Translations under genes and position numbers: made by a program
Notes under the pieces: generated by a model
Told to the model about the DNA's origin: nothing
The model's database searches: none
Seen by the model: only the letters and a program-made list of their open reading frames with translations
Assembly (NCBI RefSeq): GCF_006345805.1
Contig: NC_043001.1
Span: 9,362,001-9,426,000, forward strand
From: Octopus sinensis
Lineage: Eukaryota
Length of the DNA stretch: 64,000 bases
Direction of reading: 5' to 3'
In this document: positions 13,931 to 27,377 of the stretch, piece by piece
Numbering within the stretch: the stretch's first letter is position 1
Layout of the letters: each line of letters opens with the position of its first letter

Positions 13931-15242
13931 AGAGTGGAGGAGGGGGAGGGAGAGAGGAAAATGATAGATAGATAGATAAAATGCATGTATGTATATGGAC
14001 GTACATACGTATGCATAATATATGTGTGTGTGTGTATGTATCTATATATGCATATACGTGTGTGTCTATACTCATACAAATGAACATATACACTACACAC
14101 GTATATATGTGCTGGCGCACGTGTGCGTGTGTGTATATGTATTTATGATTTATTAGCAAACTTTGATATATAAATCTAAAAATCGATGATTTACGTAACT
14201 TTCTGTCCATATAACAAGAATTTTTTTCTTCTTACAAATATTTAACAAGGAGCTCAAGGAAATAAAATGCACAGAAACCTTTGAATGACAATATGCGTAG
14301 AAGGAGATTAAGCAGAAGGATGCGCGGAAAATATCAAACACATAAATTGACCCTGTAGATATGGCAGCCGGTTGTGCAAACTTGATAGAAGTTGTCCATA
14401 TACAGGCAGTATTTCTAATACAGAAGGCAAAATCGAGAAGTAATAAGGGAAAGCATTGGTGACATAGCTACAAAGATCTGGTGATTTTGAGCCTCGTCGT
14501 GATCGATACCTTAAAATGCTTCTGATATAGGGGTGGCGGGATTGTCAAAGAAAGGAAAAGAATTTTTCGAGACTGTGATCCAAAGTTTTAAAAAAATCAA
14601 TGCTTTGAAATTTTAGTATCAACAAAAACAGATCAGATATAATTTGCTGAACAGCACAGCTTGTCCCGAAGTGGTAATATATGTAGGGATTAGGGGAAGA
14701 ATATAGATTTTGTGTTTATGTCAGCATATTTCAGTGAGTTTTGTACACATATTTTCTAACATTCTTCCATCACGAAACTGGGGCTGAAATCCTATAATTT
14801 TTCTCTGGATATTGTCGTTTAAAATTATCAGACCATAATACTATTTATCGAACGAGCCTTTACAAATCAATAAGATGAAGGGAAGGTATGTAGTTATCAA
14901 AACAGCGCGAGGCAATAAGTCTCTTCAATGACATATTAATCCCTTCTGATCAGAAATCGATATTGTAGACTCAATGAATATAAAAGTAAATATGAATACA
15001 TCCTATACCACTGGGTACTGGAAGGGACAGTTTGTAGTTGAAATTTGATGTCATTAAATGGACAGAATTTAATCTCCGCTTTGATATGATAAAGGTATAT
15101 TATTATAAGTAAGATTCCCATGTGATCTGATAGTTATGCCTTATAACTATGAGGCAACTTCGACAATTTAAAATGAAAGATATTACTTACAAGTGTAACG
15201 AAAATAAGTCAGTATCTTTGAACTTCTGATCTATGAATAAAT

Positions 15243-15401
15243 AGGCGTTGCTATGTGGTACGATGTAGGCTTCCTAACCTCATGGTTCCGAGTGCGGTCC
15301 CACTGTGTGGCACCCTAGGAAAGTGTATTTTACCATAACCTCCGATCAAAGTCTTGCGAGTGGATTTGGTAGACGGAAAGAAGCTTCTCGTATTTATATG
15401 A

Positions 15402-15433
<32 letters not shown>

Positions 15434-15810
15434 GTGTGTGTCTTTGTGTCTGTGTTTGTCCCCCACTGCACTGCAATTTGTCAACCGTTGTTGTTTTGTT
15501 TACGTCTTTGTAACGTAGCCGTTCTGCAAAGTCCTGTGAGTGGATTTGGTAGACGGAAACTGAAAGAAGCTCGTCGTATATGTGTGTGTGTGTGTGTGTT
15601 TGTGTCTGTGTTTCTCCCCCCCCCCCCCCACTGCACCGCAATTTGTCACCGGTGTTGTTTTTGTTACGTCTTTGTAACTTAGCGGTTCTGCAAAAGAGGC
15701 CGATAGAATAAGTACCAGGCTTCAAAAAATAAAATGCTGGAGTCGATGCATTCGACTGAAAATTCTTCAAAGCGATATCCCAGCATGGCCGCAGTCTAAT
15801 GACCGACACT
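15243..15810 (+). mobile_element. Diverged SINE family A with internal duplication
   Basis: The core segment gtgagtggatttggtagacggaaa..+TG linker occurs twice before the tail. Confidence 0.75.
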
Positions 15811-15940
15811 TCAACTAGTGATAGGGGAGGCCAACAAAATAAATACCTAAAAGGCCATGCCATCAATGCTTAAAAGAAATCAAAAATGTGTAGAAATAAA
15901 ATGGAACCTATAAACTGTTTTGTTATTATCTTCAATGATA

Positions 15941-16672
15941 GGCGCAGGAGTGGCTGTGTGGTAAGTAGCTTGTTTACCAACCACATGGTTCCGGGTTCAG
16001 TCCCACTGCGTGGCACCTAGGGCAAGTGTCTTCTGCTATAGCCTCAGGCCGACCAAAGCCTTGTGAGTGGATTTGGAAGACGGAAACTGAAAGAAGCCTG
16101 TCGTATATATGTATATATGTGTGTGCATGTATGTGAAGGCTCGTGGCTCAGTGGTTAGAACGTCGAGCTTACGATCGTGAGGTTGTGAGCTCGAATCCCG
16201 GACCGGGCTGCGTGATGTGTTCTTGAGCAAGACACTTTATTTCACGTTGCTCCAGTTCACTCAGCTATAGAAATGAGTTGCGACGTCACAAGTGCCAAGC
16301 TGTATCGGGCCTTGCCTTTCCCTTGGACAACATCGGTGACGTGGAGAGGGGAGGCCGGTATGCATGGGCGACTGCTGGTCTTCCATAAAACAACCTTACC
16401 CAGACTTGTGCCTCAGTGGGTAACTCTCTAGATGCAAACCCATGGCAGTGTCTGACCGAAGGGGGTCACCATGTATGTTTGTGTTTGTCCCCTAGCATTA
16501 CTTGACAACCGATGCTGGTGTGTTTATGTCCCCGTCATCAAGCGGTTCGGCAAAAGAGACCGATAGAATAAGTACTGGGCTTACAAAGAATAAGTCCCGG
16601 GGTCGAGTTGCTCGATTAAAGGCGGTGCTCCAGCATGGCCGCAGTCAAATGACCGGAACAATTAAAAAGAGT
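15941..16672 (+). mobile_element. SINE family A interrupted by a nested SINE
   Basis: Head at 15941-16125 and tail at 16479-16672. Confidence 0.85.
16135..16469 (+). mobile_element. tRNA-derived SINE family D (shared core domain type) nested in SINE A
   Basis: A/B-box head, gtgttcttgagcaagacactttatttcacgttgctccag core; 9-bp TSD catgtatgt at 16126-16134 and 16470-16478. Confidence 0.85.
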
Positions 16673-16777
16673 AATGATTCTCAAGTTCGCACGTTTTACT
16701 GAAAAAATATACGATATCAGTAACCGTTTATAAATAAAAGGATAACAACGCTGCTTCTCATATAAATATGAAGATGT

Positions 16778-17162
16778 GGAGGTGCAATGGGTCAGTGGTT
16801 AGGGCAGCGGACTCGCAGTCGTAGGATCGCTGTTTCGATTCCCAGACCGGGCGTTGTGCGCGTTTATTGAGCAAAAACATCTAAAGCTCCTCGAGGTTTC
16901 GGCAAGGGATGGTGGCGAACCTTGATGTACTCTTTCACCACAACTTTCTCTCACTCTTTCTTCCTGTTTCTGCTGTACCTGTATTTCAGAGGACCAGCCT
17001 TGTCATACTCTGTGTCACGTTAAATCTCCCCGAGAACTACGTTAAGGGTACACGTGTCTGTGGAGTGCTCAACCACTTGCACGTTAATTTCACGAACAGG
17101 CTGTTCCGTTGATCGGATCAACTGGAACCCTCGTCATCATAACCGACGGAGTGCATCAATAT
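16778..17162 (+). mobile_element. SINE family B, full length
   Basis: 12-bp TSD atatgaagatgt at 16766-16777 and 17163-17174. Confidence 0.9.
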
Positions 17163-17223
17163 ATATGAAGATGTTAAGAGACGGTTGTGTCTAAATGTAA
17201 AGGAATTCGATTCAGAAGAGAAC

Positions 17224-18540
17224 AACATATTTTTTCTGTATTTGACAATCATTAGTGTTTCGCTTGATTTTCTTGTGGCTTTCTTTGAAATCTTCTCTTA
17301 CAAACTAACTACACATTTTCTTCAGACCATCTTCTATTGAATTATTTATGAATAATCAGAAAAGAACAACATATTTTTATAAGACGTTTTATGAGAATTG
17401 AAATATATAACCAGGATTGCTCATTAACTTATTTGATACCAGTAATTAGGATGGCAGATCAAGATCTGTAGATCACCGGACTAAATGCATTAATTTTCGT
17501 TTGAGTTTGGTTTTTTTTTTTTTTCGTTTCTTTTACTCTGAGTTCAAATACACTTGATGAAGGATTTCCCGTAATCCTTCCGGGTGTCGATAAAATAAAC
17601 AACAGCGGAGGACTGGGGGGGGGGTCTATTTAATCGACTGAAACATTCTCTAAAGTTTGTGGCTTTGTGCGAGTGTTGGAAATCAATATCGATGGTAGCA
17701 GAAGCATTAATACTTAAAGGAAAATGATGAGCATCAAGTGAGGGAATAGCTGTATAAACGTAATAATGTTCAATTAATGGATGACTTAAAAGTGTGTTTG
17801 CAAAGCTTCGGGGTTAAACCAACTCAAATATTGAAAATGATTAATGTGTTTACAAATGACATGGGATGGGATTTGGAATTAAAATATAGAGAGTTTTGAC
17901 AATGAAATGTAACGGATTAGAGAAGGAATATGACAAGAAATTAATAAACCTCGCGACTTGAGATTATTATGAATGTATGCGTAGTTTAGTATTAACCAGG
18001 GTCAATAAAAATAACATGAAGGAACTGTTGATATAAGAATATCAAATGAACTAGACACAGGTTCTTTAATGTAACTTGAATAATGGAAATAGGATGCTGA
18101 CCACAAAACTGTGGATCATATCTCTTTATGTGAGCAGATACGTTAGGAATTATAACTAGCATCATGTGTATAACAGAAAAAAAGTAAAATATTATTTTCG
18201 TATAACGTTTTATATCGCATACGGTGTCAATGGGTTAATCATAAATAGCGGTGTATATATAAATATATATAGATATAGATAGATTTATTATCGGTTATAT
18301 ATAGATAGATACATGCATATATATACATACATATATATATAATACATATATAATATATACTATATATATTATATTTAATATACATATATATAATATATGA
18401 TATATGTTCTACATAGAATACATATATATATATATGATATATGTTCTACATAGAATACATATAATATATATATATGATATATGTTCTACATAGAATACAT
18501 ATAATATATATATATATATATTATATATATATATATATAT

Positions 18541-18593
<53 letters not shown>

Positions 18594-18888
18594 ATATATA
18601 TATAATTGCTGTAAGAGATGGGGTGATTAGAATATAATGATAACAGATAACCTGATTTCTGAAACAGGAGAAGTATTGAAGTATTGATATTTAATAGGAA
18701 TCTGCGAATGAAAGATTTAAAGACAAGCTGGGTAGTAAGAAAGCTTTGAAGAATGGATTATTCATAAAGAATTCAATAGAAGATGGTCTGAAGAAAATGT
18801 GTAGTTAGTTTGTAAGAGAAGACTTCAAAGAAAGCCACAAGAAAATCAAGCGAAACACTAATGATTGTCAAATACAGAAAAATATGTT
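17224..18888. repeat. Inverted repeat pair of about 119 bp (17224-17343 and 18770-18888)
   Basis: Near-identical reverse complements about 1.43 kb apart. Confidence 0.85.
17770..18160 (+). mobile_element. Highly decayed R4/Dong-type RT fragment
   Basis: Residual MDDLKV..INVFTNDMG..FGIK motif. Confidence 0.35.
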
Positions 18889-19316
18889 TTGATGAATTAT
18901 ATCGCTTTGTACACAGATACAGCACACGTTCTTTGTATTCACAGAGGATATGCTGGAAGAAGTCAAAATATGCCTGGTAAACAAAATACCAAAATAACAT
19001 AGAACAGTTCTAATTATATTTAATATGACCACGAACATTTGTTCGAAAATAGGTAGCTATTGAATAATGCAGATTTAATTATATCTAATAAGGCCACGGA
19101 GTAATTCATGAGATGCGCGCAGAACAGCGAGAATCCGAACAATAACGTATATATATTCATTCTTAATACGTTCTGGTAGATTCCAGCGTGAGCATCTTAA
19201 CGCTATTGCTTTTCGTCATCAGAGAACATTTCCTTGTAGACACCTTGTGTTCATAGCACAAACTGTATAAAGGGAGGTGTTCTCCGGCGAAGAAACATTA
19301 CAAAAGGTCAGGAAAG

Positions 19317-19644
19317 GTGGCCGTGAGGGTAAGAAGTTTCCATTCCAGTCACATGATTCCCGGCTCAATCTCACTGCGTGAGACTTTAGGCGAGTGTTTG
19401 TGCTTTAGCCTCCGCCTAACCAAACCCTTATGACGTGATTTGTCAGACAGAATCTGAAAGACAACCGGAGTATGTATGTGTGTACTTTGTGCCTGTGTGT
19501 CCTACACCACCGCTTCAAAACCAATGTCGGTGTATTTACTTCCCTGTAACGTAGGGATTCGGGGAAAAGAGCGATACAATAAATACAAAGCTTCATAAAA
19601 TTGCTGGTGTCGATTCGTTCGATTAATAATCCTTCAAGGTGGTG

Positions 19645-19647
<3 letters not shown>
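19317..19647 (+). mobile_element. Old, diverged SINE family A
   Basis: Recognisable head and tail segments with many substitutions. Confidence 0.6.
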
Positions 19648-19705
<58 letters not shown>

Positions 19706-19721
19706 ATATATATATATGTAT

Positions 19722-19752
<31 letters not shown>

Positions 19753-20829
19753 GATATATATATATATATATATATATATAGATATATATATATATATATC
19801 GATAGATAGATATGTATGTATGTATATATACTTTAGGTATGGTAGATGAGTTCAGCAAAAAACTACAATCAGATGAATATGGTACTTAAGTTGAAGCTCC
19901 AGAATTTAGTACGGTATTATCCATACAATTTCAAAATAAGGTGATTAAAATCAAAATAAGCAACAGTTTAAGTTGATGTAATGATTGCATTGTTCATTAA
20001 ATGGAGTTGCATGAAACGATCGTACTGCATTACCTCTGGATATCCTTGTCGCTTATTTTGATATGTATATATATATGTATGTATGTATGTATGCGTTTGT
20101 CCATCACCACCACTTGCCAACTCGTGTTGGTGTCTTTACGTATCCTCGCTTAGCTTTTCGGCCAGAGACACTGATAACAAAAAGGTATGAGGTCGATTCA
20201 TTCGTCTAAAAATTCTTCAAGACGGTGCCCCAGCATGGCCGCTGTCTGTTGAGTGAAACAAATAATACAAGTAAGACAAAATATGTGTCTCCTTCAATAA
20301 GCACGATAGTCTATAGCAAAAGGAACAGTTTCCAGCTTTATCTTGCACCAATTGGTCGAGATGTACCGAGATGATTTACAGAGAGTTTATCGCTGTGAGT
20401 AGGTTTCCATAACAACAATTTATGCAATATCAATTAATATAGTCAAATATCTAATTATTTCTTTTATGATCTGAGTTAAAATGACCTCCGCTTTGGCTTC
20501 TAGCTTTGCTTCGCACAGAGCCGTTTTAATAAAATGTATTTTCCCTGAAAATGTGCGATTTTATTCAAATGATCAACATTAATGTTAATGAACAAGAAGC
20601 CATTGTTAAGTGCAGGAACCGTGGGGATAGACATGGAGAAAGTATGAAATGGAATTTGTCGAATACATAAGAATGCATTGATGTGTGGCTTGGTATTATA
20701 TTTAGGAAAAGACTTGTTATAATGCAGAGAATATTGTTCAATATACAAACTTGTTACCAATTCAAATACACTTGTACATCCACAAAATTTATTTTATAGT
20801 TATATACCTAATGTTATAATGACCTTAAT

Positions 20830-20915
20830 GAACTACACGTGTTTCCGCTGCAGCTGTTATTCACTGTTGCAAATGCACCCTGGCAATATTGTCGGTTTCA
20901 GCTTCATCAGCGTCC
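20830..20915 (-). ncRNA. Type I hammerhead ribozyme in a PLE 3' region
   Basis: Reverse complement GGAC-G-CTGATGA-A-GCTG(long loop)CAGC-G-GAAAC-ACGT-GT-A-GTTC; palindromic stem III ACACGTGT; one extra G next to stem I. Confidence 0.6.
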
Positions 20916-21364
20916 GCCCATTTGGTCATCCTCAAAGTCAACTGATTGAAGGAAATTTTTGTTAATGTTCTGTAAGAGATATGGGTATGGTATTGGTATC
21001 TATAGGTAAATGCTGTCGACCTGACCATCACCCCGTCGCTGCCCGAAGTTAAGGCTTGGTTTTAGAATAAGTTATGGTCGATATTGTTGTTTCTTGTAGC
21101 GCTCTTTTCTTTATTCTAGTGGTTGTGTGTGTTATTTTTGATTTCGAGTGTTGTGCTTGTACAGAAGAGTTCTTGTTGTTCCCATTCATCTTTCGGTTCA
21201 GCTGTTCATTATATGCGTTGTACATTATGTAGGGTAGTTGTTGCTTTTTTTTTTATTAATGGTGTCTATTAAATATGTTCATGTTTAGGTTATTCGGTTT
21301 TATTAGTTATATCGAGCCCAATTATTGCTGGGGCGTTTGCTATCTAGAATTATCTTTATATCTC

Positions 21365-21806
21365 TTAAAGATCTGTGCTTCTGTAAACATCTAAGAGCTT
21401 GGTCGTGTCTTGTAATTAATGTGTGTTTTTATGTAAATATTGTTAAAGCTCCTCTAAGCATTTATTTCCTCCAACTCGATAAGGCTTAGCAGTACTAAAA
21501 TGTTCCCACTCGATAGAATAGCTATTATTTATGTCTTTAATTGTATTATTTATTTAGACTCGTATTATTTTTCCTATCTCTAAAGGAATTTAAATGACCG
21601 ACCAGTTTTTATTTTGTATTCTTTTGATTTATAAAAATAGAGCTGGCCTCTGTATAAAAGTATTCAATTTCCTCCCAGGTAACTTTACATTTATAAACCA
21701 GTTTCCTAGATTTATAGTTCGAGTTTAACGGGCATACTTTATCTCTTGCACACTTGCATAGACCTGTTTGTCTCTTTCTATTATTTATTGTGTTACTGAC
21801 TTCACT
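21365..21806 (-). mobile_element. Penelope-like element (probably Naiad-type) GIY-YIG endonuclease relic
   Basis: LCKCARDKVCPLNSNYKSRKLVYKCKVTWEEIEYFY..HLNSFRDRKNNTSLNK..YSIEWEHFSTAKPYRVGGNKC, with stops and frameshifts. Confidence 0.75.
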
Positions 21807-22059
21807 AGAAGCCCCTCCTATTCTTTCTTCCTCCGCGTATTTATATACGCGTTTGTGAATGTCCTTTTATCTCTGCCCAAACGCCGCCATTGACAACCAG
21901 CGTTTGGTTTCTTTCTTCTTTTATGTCCCCGCAACCAAAGAGTTCGGCAAAAGAGACGATAGAGTAAATAAATATACGCTACAGATCATTGCTAGCGTCG
22001 ACTTATTCGACGAAGCCCTTCAAGTCTCCAATGACTGAAACAAGTAAAAGAACAAGGGA

Positions 22060-22850
22060 GCAAGGTTTGAAAACGGATAACATCGAAATTCAGTAGCATC
22101 CAATGACTAAGAAAGAAGGACAAGGTGGACGTAGACAAGGAAATTTTACGACACTAGCTTAGAAGTGCAGGAGTAAAAACTGAAAGAGAAGGATTCTTCA
22201 TTGCAGCACAGAATCAAAGCCTTCTCTTCATAAATCACTTAAGACTATGTAATGAGCCAGAAGAGACTGACATCGTAATATATGGGGATGGAGTAGAAAC
22301 AATTAATCACATTGATCTGTAGACATGACACAGTTGGGAGTTTCATACGCTGTTAGTTAAACGACAGTACTGGGAAATGCCAACAGAATATGATTGATTA
22401 TACATAGAAAATAAAACATCTCAAACTATGATTAAATATCACTCCGATCATGCTTTGGTCGCCAAGTCTTACTATGTAATATGCCAATAAACAGGAAAGA
22501 AGATCATGGGTACTCGACCAGATATTGTGATCAAGGATAGCAGGAGAGAAAGGGCTTCTTTAATCAATGCACCTACCCCAACAAAGAATAGTGAATCTTT
22601 CAAACAAATAAAGGCATTTTTCCAATATAGAGTTGTGGAAATAGAATGTGGGGATGGAAATAGATGCAATTCTTCAAAACAATAAAGCGCTTTGTGAAAG
22701 ATTAAGAAGGATACGCATAAATTAGTAAACCAAATTCTCGTGACTTACAAATATACCCAAAACACGGAAAGTACAACTACTAGGTTCTGCTCAACTATTA
22801 CGGAGAATTCTTTCAATATAACTGGATGAAAGCCTTGAATACACAAAATA
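22060..22850 (+). mobile_element. Decayed R4/Dong-type LINE, C-terminal (CCHC/RLE) region
   Basis: LRSAGVKTEREGFFIAAQNQSL, RHDTVG and TRPDIVIKD motifs. Confidence 0.65.
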
Positions 22851-24318
22851 CATTTAAGGCTGCGCACAATAATGAAGTAGCAACACGAAGTGACGACAAG
22901 AGAAACACGAGCAACAGTAATGACAACAATAACAACACAAACATTAATCAAAATAATTGTTTCTGTTGCAGGCACAAGGCCCGAAACATATGTTTACCTC
23001 CAGCGCAAATCTGGATTTAAGACCCACCGAGGCCTTTAACACTTAAAAGATTTTGGTACGCAATTCAAAATCTAAACAAAAATAAACCATAAAATAATTT
23101 TGTTTTTCAAAATGGAACAAAACTAACAAAAAGATGGAAAACAATATTTATTTTTGTATACTTCCACGTTATTAATATTTGAAAAGTTTTCTCCTTTTTT
23201 TCGATCGCAAAGTCTTTGATCAGATCCTCAAAAGGAATCTTACTTGGAATACTTCTATACTTAGTAGAGACAAGGACTCCTGAGTATTATTTTAGCATGT
23301 TTAAAGTGATTTATTTTGTAACGTAAACCATTTACCATTTCTGTAGTACCTCACTTCCATTGATGCCCTAAGTACGGGCTTATTTCGCTTAATGGCTAAT
23401 CCAGCACTAGATTAATACAGTCGTGATAACAGGCTGAGTATCCCGCCAAAAACATCTACACCCAAATCGCTACACTAGATCATCTCCTCCTGTCAATGTT
23501 GATCTCAGTTTGCAGCCCCTTCCAATTACCGTCGCTCAGACGTTGATTCCTTACAGATATGGAGACTTCATTCATTTACCAGAAAATGGACTGTTTTACA
23601 TGTCTTACTTTCTTTTCCCCAAACCCCAAGGTTTTACCATTCCAGTTCAATCCCCGCCTCCTTTTTAATGCCATAAGGCAACAGCACAGTGCGACTGGGT
23701 GTGACCAGAATGCAACCCGAGAAGACGCTTTCATCGATTGACCTCTGAATTATCATAAAGTTGAGTGTAGTTTAGCTTTAAGGTGACACTCTATTAGTAG
23801 CAGCCTCTTAGATATGCTTGTTGTTGCTGCTGTTGTTGCTATTGAAGTATTCATTACTGCTGCTGTTGCTGTCGCTCTTGCTGTTGCTGCTGTTGCTGCT
23901 TTCTCTCTTTCTCTCCTCCTCCAGTTCCTCTCAGAAGAAAATATACACACGAATGTCATTGGTCAAAATATTTCAGTTGAGCTTCCTTTACTGCATCACA
24001 AATTTTATTGCCTTTCTGCACATTTCTTCTCTGCACATATAATAGGATTCAACTCCCTAATTGATCCCATGTCGTTAAGGATGCTCACCAAGATATGCCT
24101 ATCCATCGAGTCCTCATATTCCATGTTTCCCCAGCTGACCAATTCCTAGTACTCTGTCGGGAAGAGTCAACGTCATTGCAATGTCTCATGCTGTTACTTC
24201 CTGTAACTTCTTTCACATGTTTCAGCTTCACCTAATGAGAACGTATGTTAAGCACTATTTTACCTTACTTTCTTGTCGAGGCCTATCTCTTGAAAATCAA
24301 GCACACACTTCATTAATT

Positions 24319-24599
24319 TTAGCCACTACACACATTTTTTTTCTCTCCTTGTTTCTCTCCTTATTTTTTCTGTGTCCCTTTCTGTAGAAAATCGTGGGCT
24401 GGAAACGTAAAAGACTTTTTCTATTCCTGAGCGTTATACTAATACATCTGTTTGTTTTGTACACCACCTGTCTTCGTCTTTTGTTTTTTCGTAAACTCTC
24501 CCTATCTATGTACGAGTACATATACGTATTAGATTTGCTATGAATTTATTATACAGTTCCCTTTTCTAAAGGTGAGTTTAGTAGCTGAGAAATACCGAA
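24319..24599 (+). mobile_element. Dispersed repeat with HHR-like motif (24378-24413)
   Basis: CTTT-CTGTAGA-A-(degenerate stem II)-GAAAC-GT-A-AAAG; homologous to 13661-13930. Confidence 0.6.
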
Positions 24600-25539
24600 A
24601 CTCTGCCTGTATATATATATATATATGTATATATATATACATACTTACATACATATATATACATACATACATACATATATACTTTTATATATATATATAT
24701 CCCTACCATTCTGTACCACATTACTGGACACAATTCCCTAGCATGTTAAGTTTTCAGCAAGAATAGGTTGCTTGTGCCTTGCTCAGCGTTTATCAGATTC
24801 TCGAGAAAGGACGTTTTCAATCGTCTTCCAAAAATCTACAAATCGTTTAATGAAGTTAAGATACATCAAATATCCGCTCTTCAATTCCTCAGGAAAGAAA
24901 CACAACTTTGTGACACACCAATTTCATGCTTCCTTCTTTGCATTCGATTCATATCTAAAACCTTTATTTAACGTAAAATGCTAGCAATTGGGTTATTCTC
25001 AATTCTTTTGTTAAAATCACGTTTGCGTTGCTTTTGTTATTGTCGTTACCGCTGCTAGTGTCGCGTTTATTTTCGTTTTTGCGTGTCAAATTGTGACTGT
25101 CTTTGCAACTAGATCTGTATGGCCCTTTATCATTTTACCATTTTGCTTTTCTTAAATTCGTTTTCCTTTATTCGAAAATTATTTCAGCACTTTGGAGAGA
25201 AGGGGAGTGCACCGAATGCTATTTCTTTATCTTTTTAAAATATCTTACAGTTACTCCTAAATAAGAGGTTGTTTTATAAAAGGTAAACAACAAACGCTTC
25301 CATAGAAATGTGATAGATCTTGATGCAACCGATCATATGTTTAAACCCGGAGAAGATGTTCTGAAGTTCACAGCTTGGGAAATAAATTAAATTAGAAATA
25401 TTTTCACCCAGGAAGATTTGGCATTGATTCAATTTTCTTGAAGCTGTTTTTGACAAACCGGCTCAAAATACAAAAATGGAAGCGATGATGATGATGATGA
25501 TAAGGAGGAGGAGGAGGAGGAAGTACTGGAGAACGGAAT

Positions 25540-27205
25540 TGACAGCTGGGAATCAAGTATTAGTTGAAGTGAAAATCAAAAGAGATATTGTCCATGGGAA
25601 CAGTGTGTCCCCACTGATATTCGTACTGCGAATGATCACCTTGAGTGAAATGCTACAGAATACAAAGTTGGGCGATGATCTGGGAAGAGGCAAGAGAAAA
25701 CGGAACCACCTGTTATTCGTGGACGACCTGGAGCTATTCACAAAAACTGAGGCAGAACTGGACAGCCTAGTTATATGGTATTAAGATGGAGTTCAGACTC
25801 TCAAAATGTGCAACGACGGTGGTGAGACGAGGAACGCTTGCCAGATCAGAAGGTATATGGCTGAAAGTGGTGAAAGGATGAAGGCAATTCAACCTCAGTC
25901 CAGCTATAAATTCCTGGGAATACTTGATGAAAACGGAATCGAACACCAACGACATGAACGATAAGACAAAAAAAGAGTACACACGACGAGTGAGGAAAAT
26001 ATTGGCTTCAAAGTTGAATACCAGAAACATAATTTCGTCAATAAACCCTCGCGAAGTTGCAGTTGTTCGGTATGGCGCAGGAATCCTGAAGTAGGCAGAG
26101 GAGGAACTAAAGGAGATGGATAGGAAGTCAAGAAAGCTTCTAACGATGCACGGAGCCCATCATCCACGTGTAGACGCTGATCGCCTATACATGGAGGGAG
26201 CAAATGGAGGAAGAGAACTGATAAGTGTGGGAGACTGCATGCATATCGAACTCGTGAGCGTAATGAGATACCGAGCCCAAAGTAAGGAAACCTTGCTAGA
26301 GACAGTTAGGAACGAGGGAGTATTGAGAGCAGAGAAAAAATTGGAAAACACAGGAAGAAATAAAAACATGGGACGTGAAGAAGAATTACTCAACAAGGGA
26401 CGACACAGTTAATTCCATGAAGCCACAACAGAAGTTGTAGGGGAAAATAGGTAGGATTGGTTGCGGAAAGGAATCCTAAAAAAGAGGTCGAGAGCAATAT
26501 AATGGCAGCGCAGGACCAAGCTCTGGATAGGAACTTGAGGGTCAAACTAAGGAATGCGCAAGTGTCCCCGCTGTGCCGTATCTGCAATTGAGTGGATGAA
26601 ATCATTGCCCATATCACGAACAAATGGCCTAGACTTTTCCCAAATTACTGCAAGTTGTGGCAACACGACCAGGTAGTGAAAGTGCTACATTGGAAACTGT
26701 GCGAAAAGTCGGGGCTAGAAGGAGGCAAGACAAGTATGAGCACAAACGGTAGAGAGTAGAGGGGTCGGAGACTAGCAAAATCCTCTGGGATTTCCCAATA
26801 CGAAAGGATCAAGTTCTAGAGCATAACTGACCGGACCTAGTAGTGGTAGACAAGGTGCACCGCATGTAGTATATAGTTGACGTTGCGTGCTCCTTTGACC
26901 CACGAATAGTCAAGAAGGAAGTCGAAAAGATAGAAAAGTACAAACCGGCTATGGAAGATGAAGATGAAGATGAAGATACTGTAAATTATTGTTGGATCCT
27001 CGGAAGGCATCAAGAGGAAAATAATGAAAATTGGAATAGAGTGCTCGGTAGAGCTGTTGCAAAAGGTTTGCCTCCTTGGCACGACCACAATAATCAGGAA
27101 AGTACCAGATGCCTGAAACGAAAGGATAGCATGGTACTGTAGGTTGCAATTAGTAAACCCGCTACGCGTGAAAAACTCTAGGAGCCAGAACAAAACCTGT
27201 GATGA
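25540..27205 (+). mobile_element. 5'-truncated R4/Dong-type non-LTR retrotransposon (RT C-half, CCHC, RLE, 3' UTR), pseudogenised
   Basis: IKRDIVHGNSVSPLIF, NHLLFVDDL, DRKSRKLLTMHGAHHP..DRLY..GGREL, MAAQDQAL, PLCRIC, KILWDF, PDLVVVDK, YIVDVAC, EKIEKY, LQKVCLLGT..IIRKV; ends in (TAA)n. Confidence 0.85.
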
Positions 27206-27335
27206 AGATAATAATGATAATAATAATGATAATAATGATAATATAATGATAATAATGATAATAATAATAATAATAATAATTGTAGTAGTAATAATAATAA
27301 TAGTAGTAGTAGTAGTAGTAGTAGTAGTAATAGTA

Positions 27336-27377
<42 letters not shown>

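Noticed and set aside
18787-18875. CTGAAGA...GAAAC...GTC as a hammerhead in the inverted-repeat arm
   Set aside because: No stem I pairing and no credible stem II.
19160-19227. CTGATGACGAAA..CAGAACGT on the minus strand, resembling the 40418 motif
   Set aside because: GAAA box and stems are incomplete; too degenerate to call.
21700-21760. Selenocysteine in the PLE GIY-YIG Cys motif
   Set aside because: The Cys codons here are TGC/TGT, not TGA, and I could not identify a SECIS.
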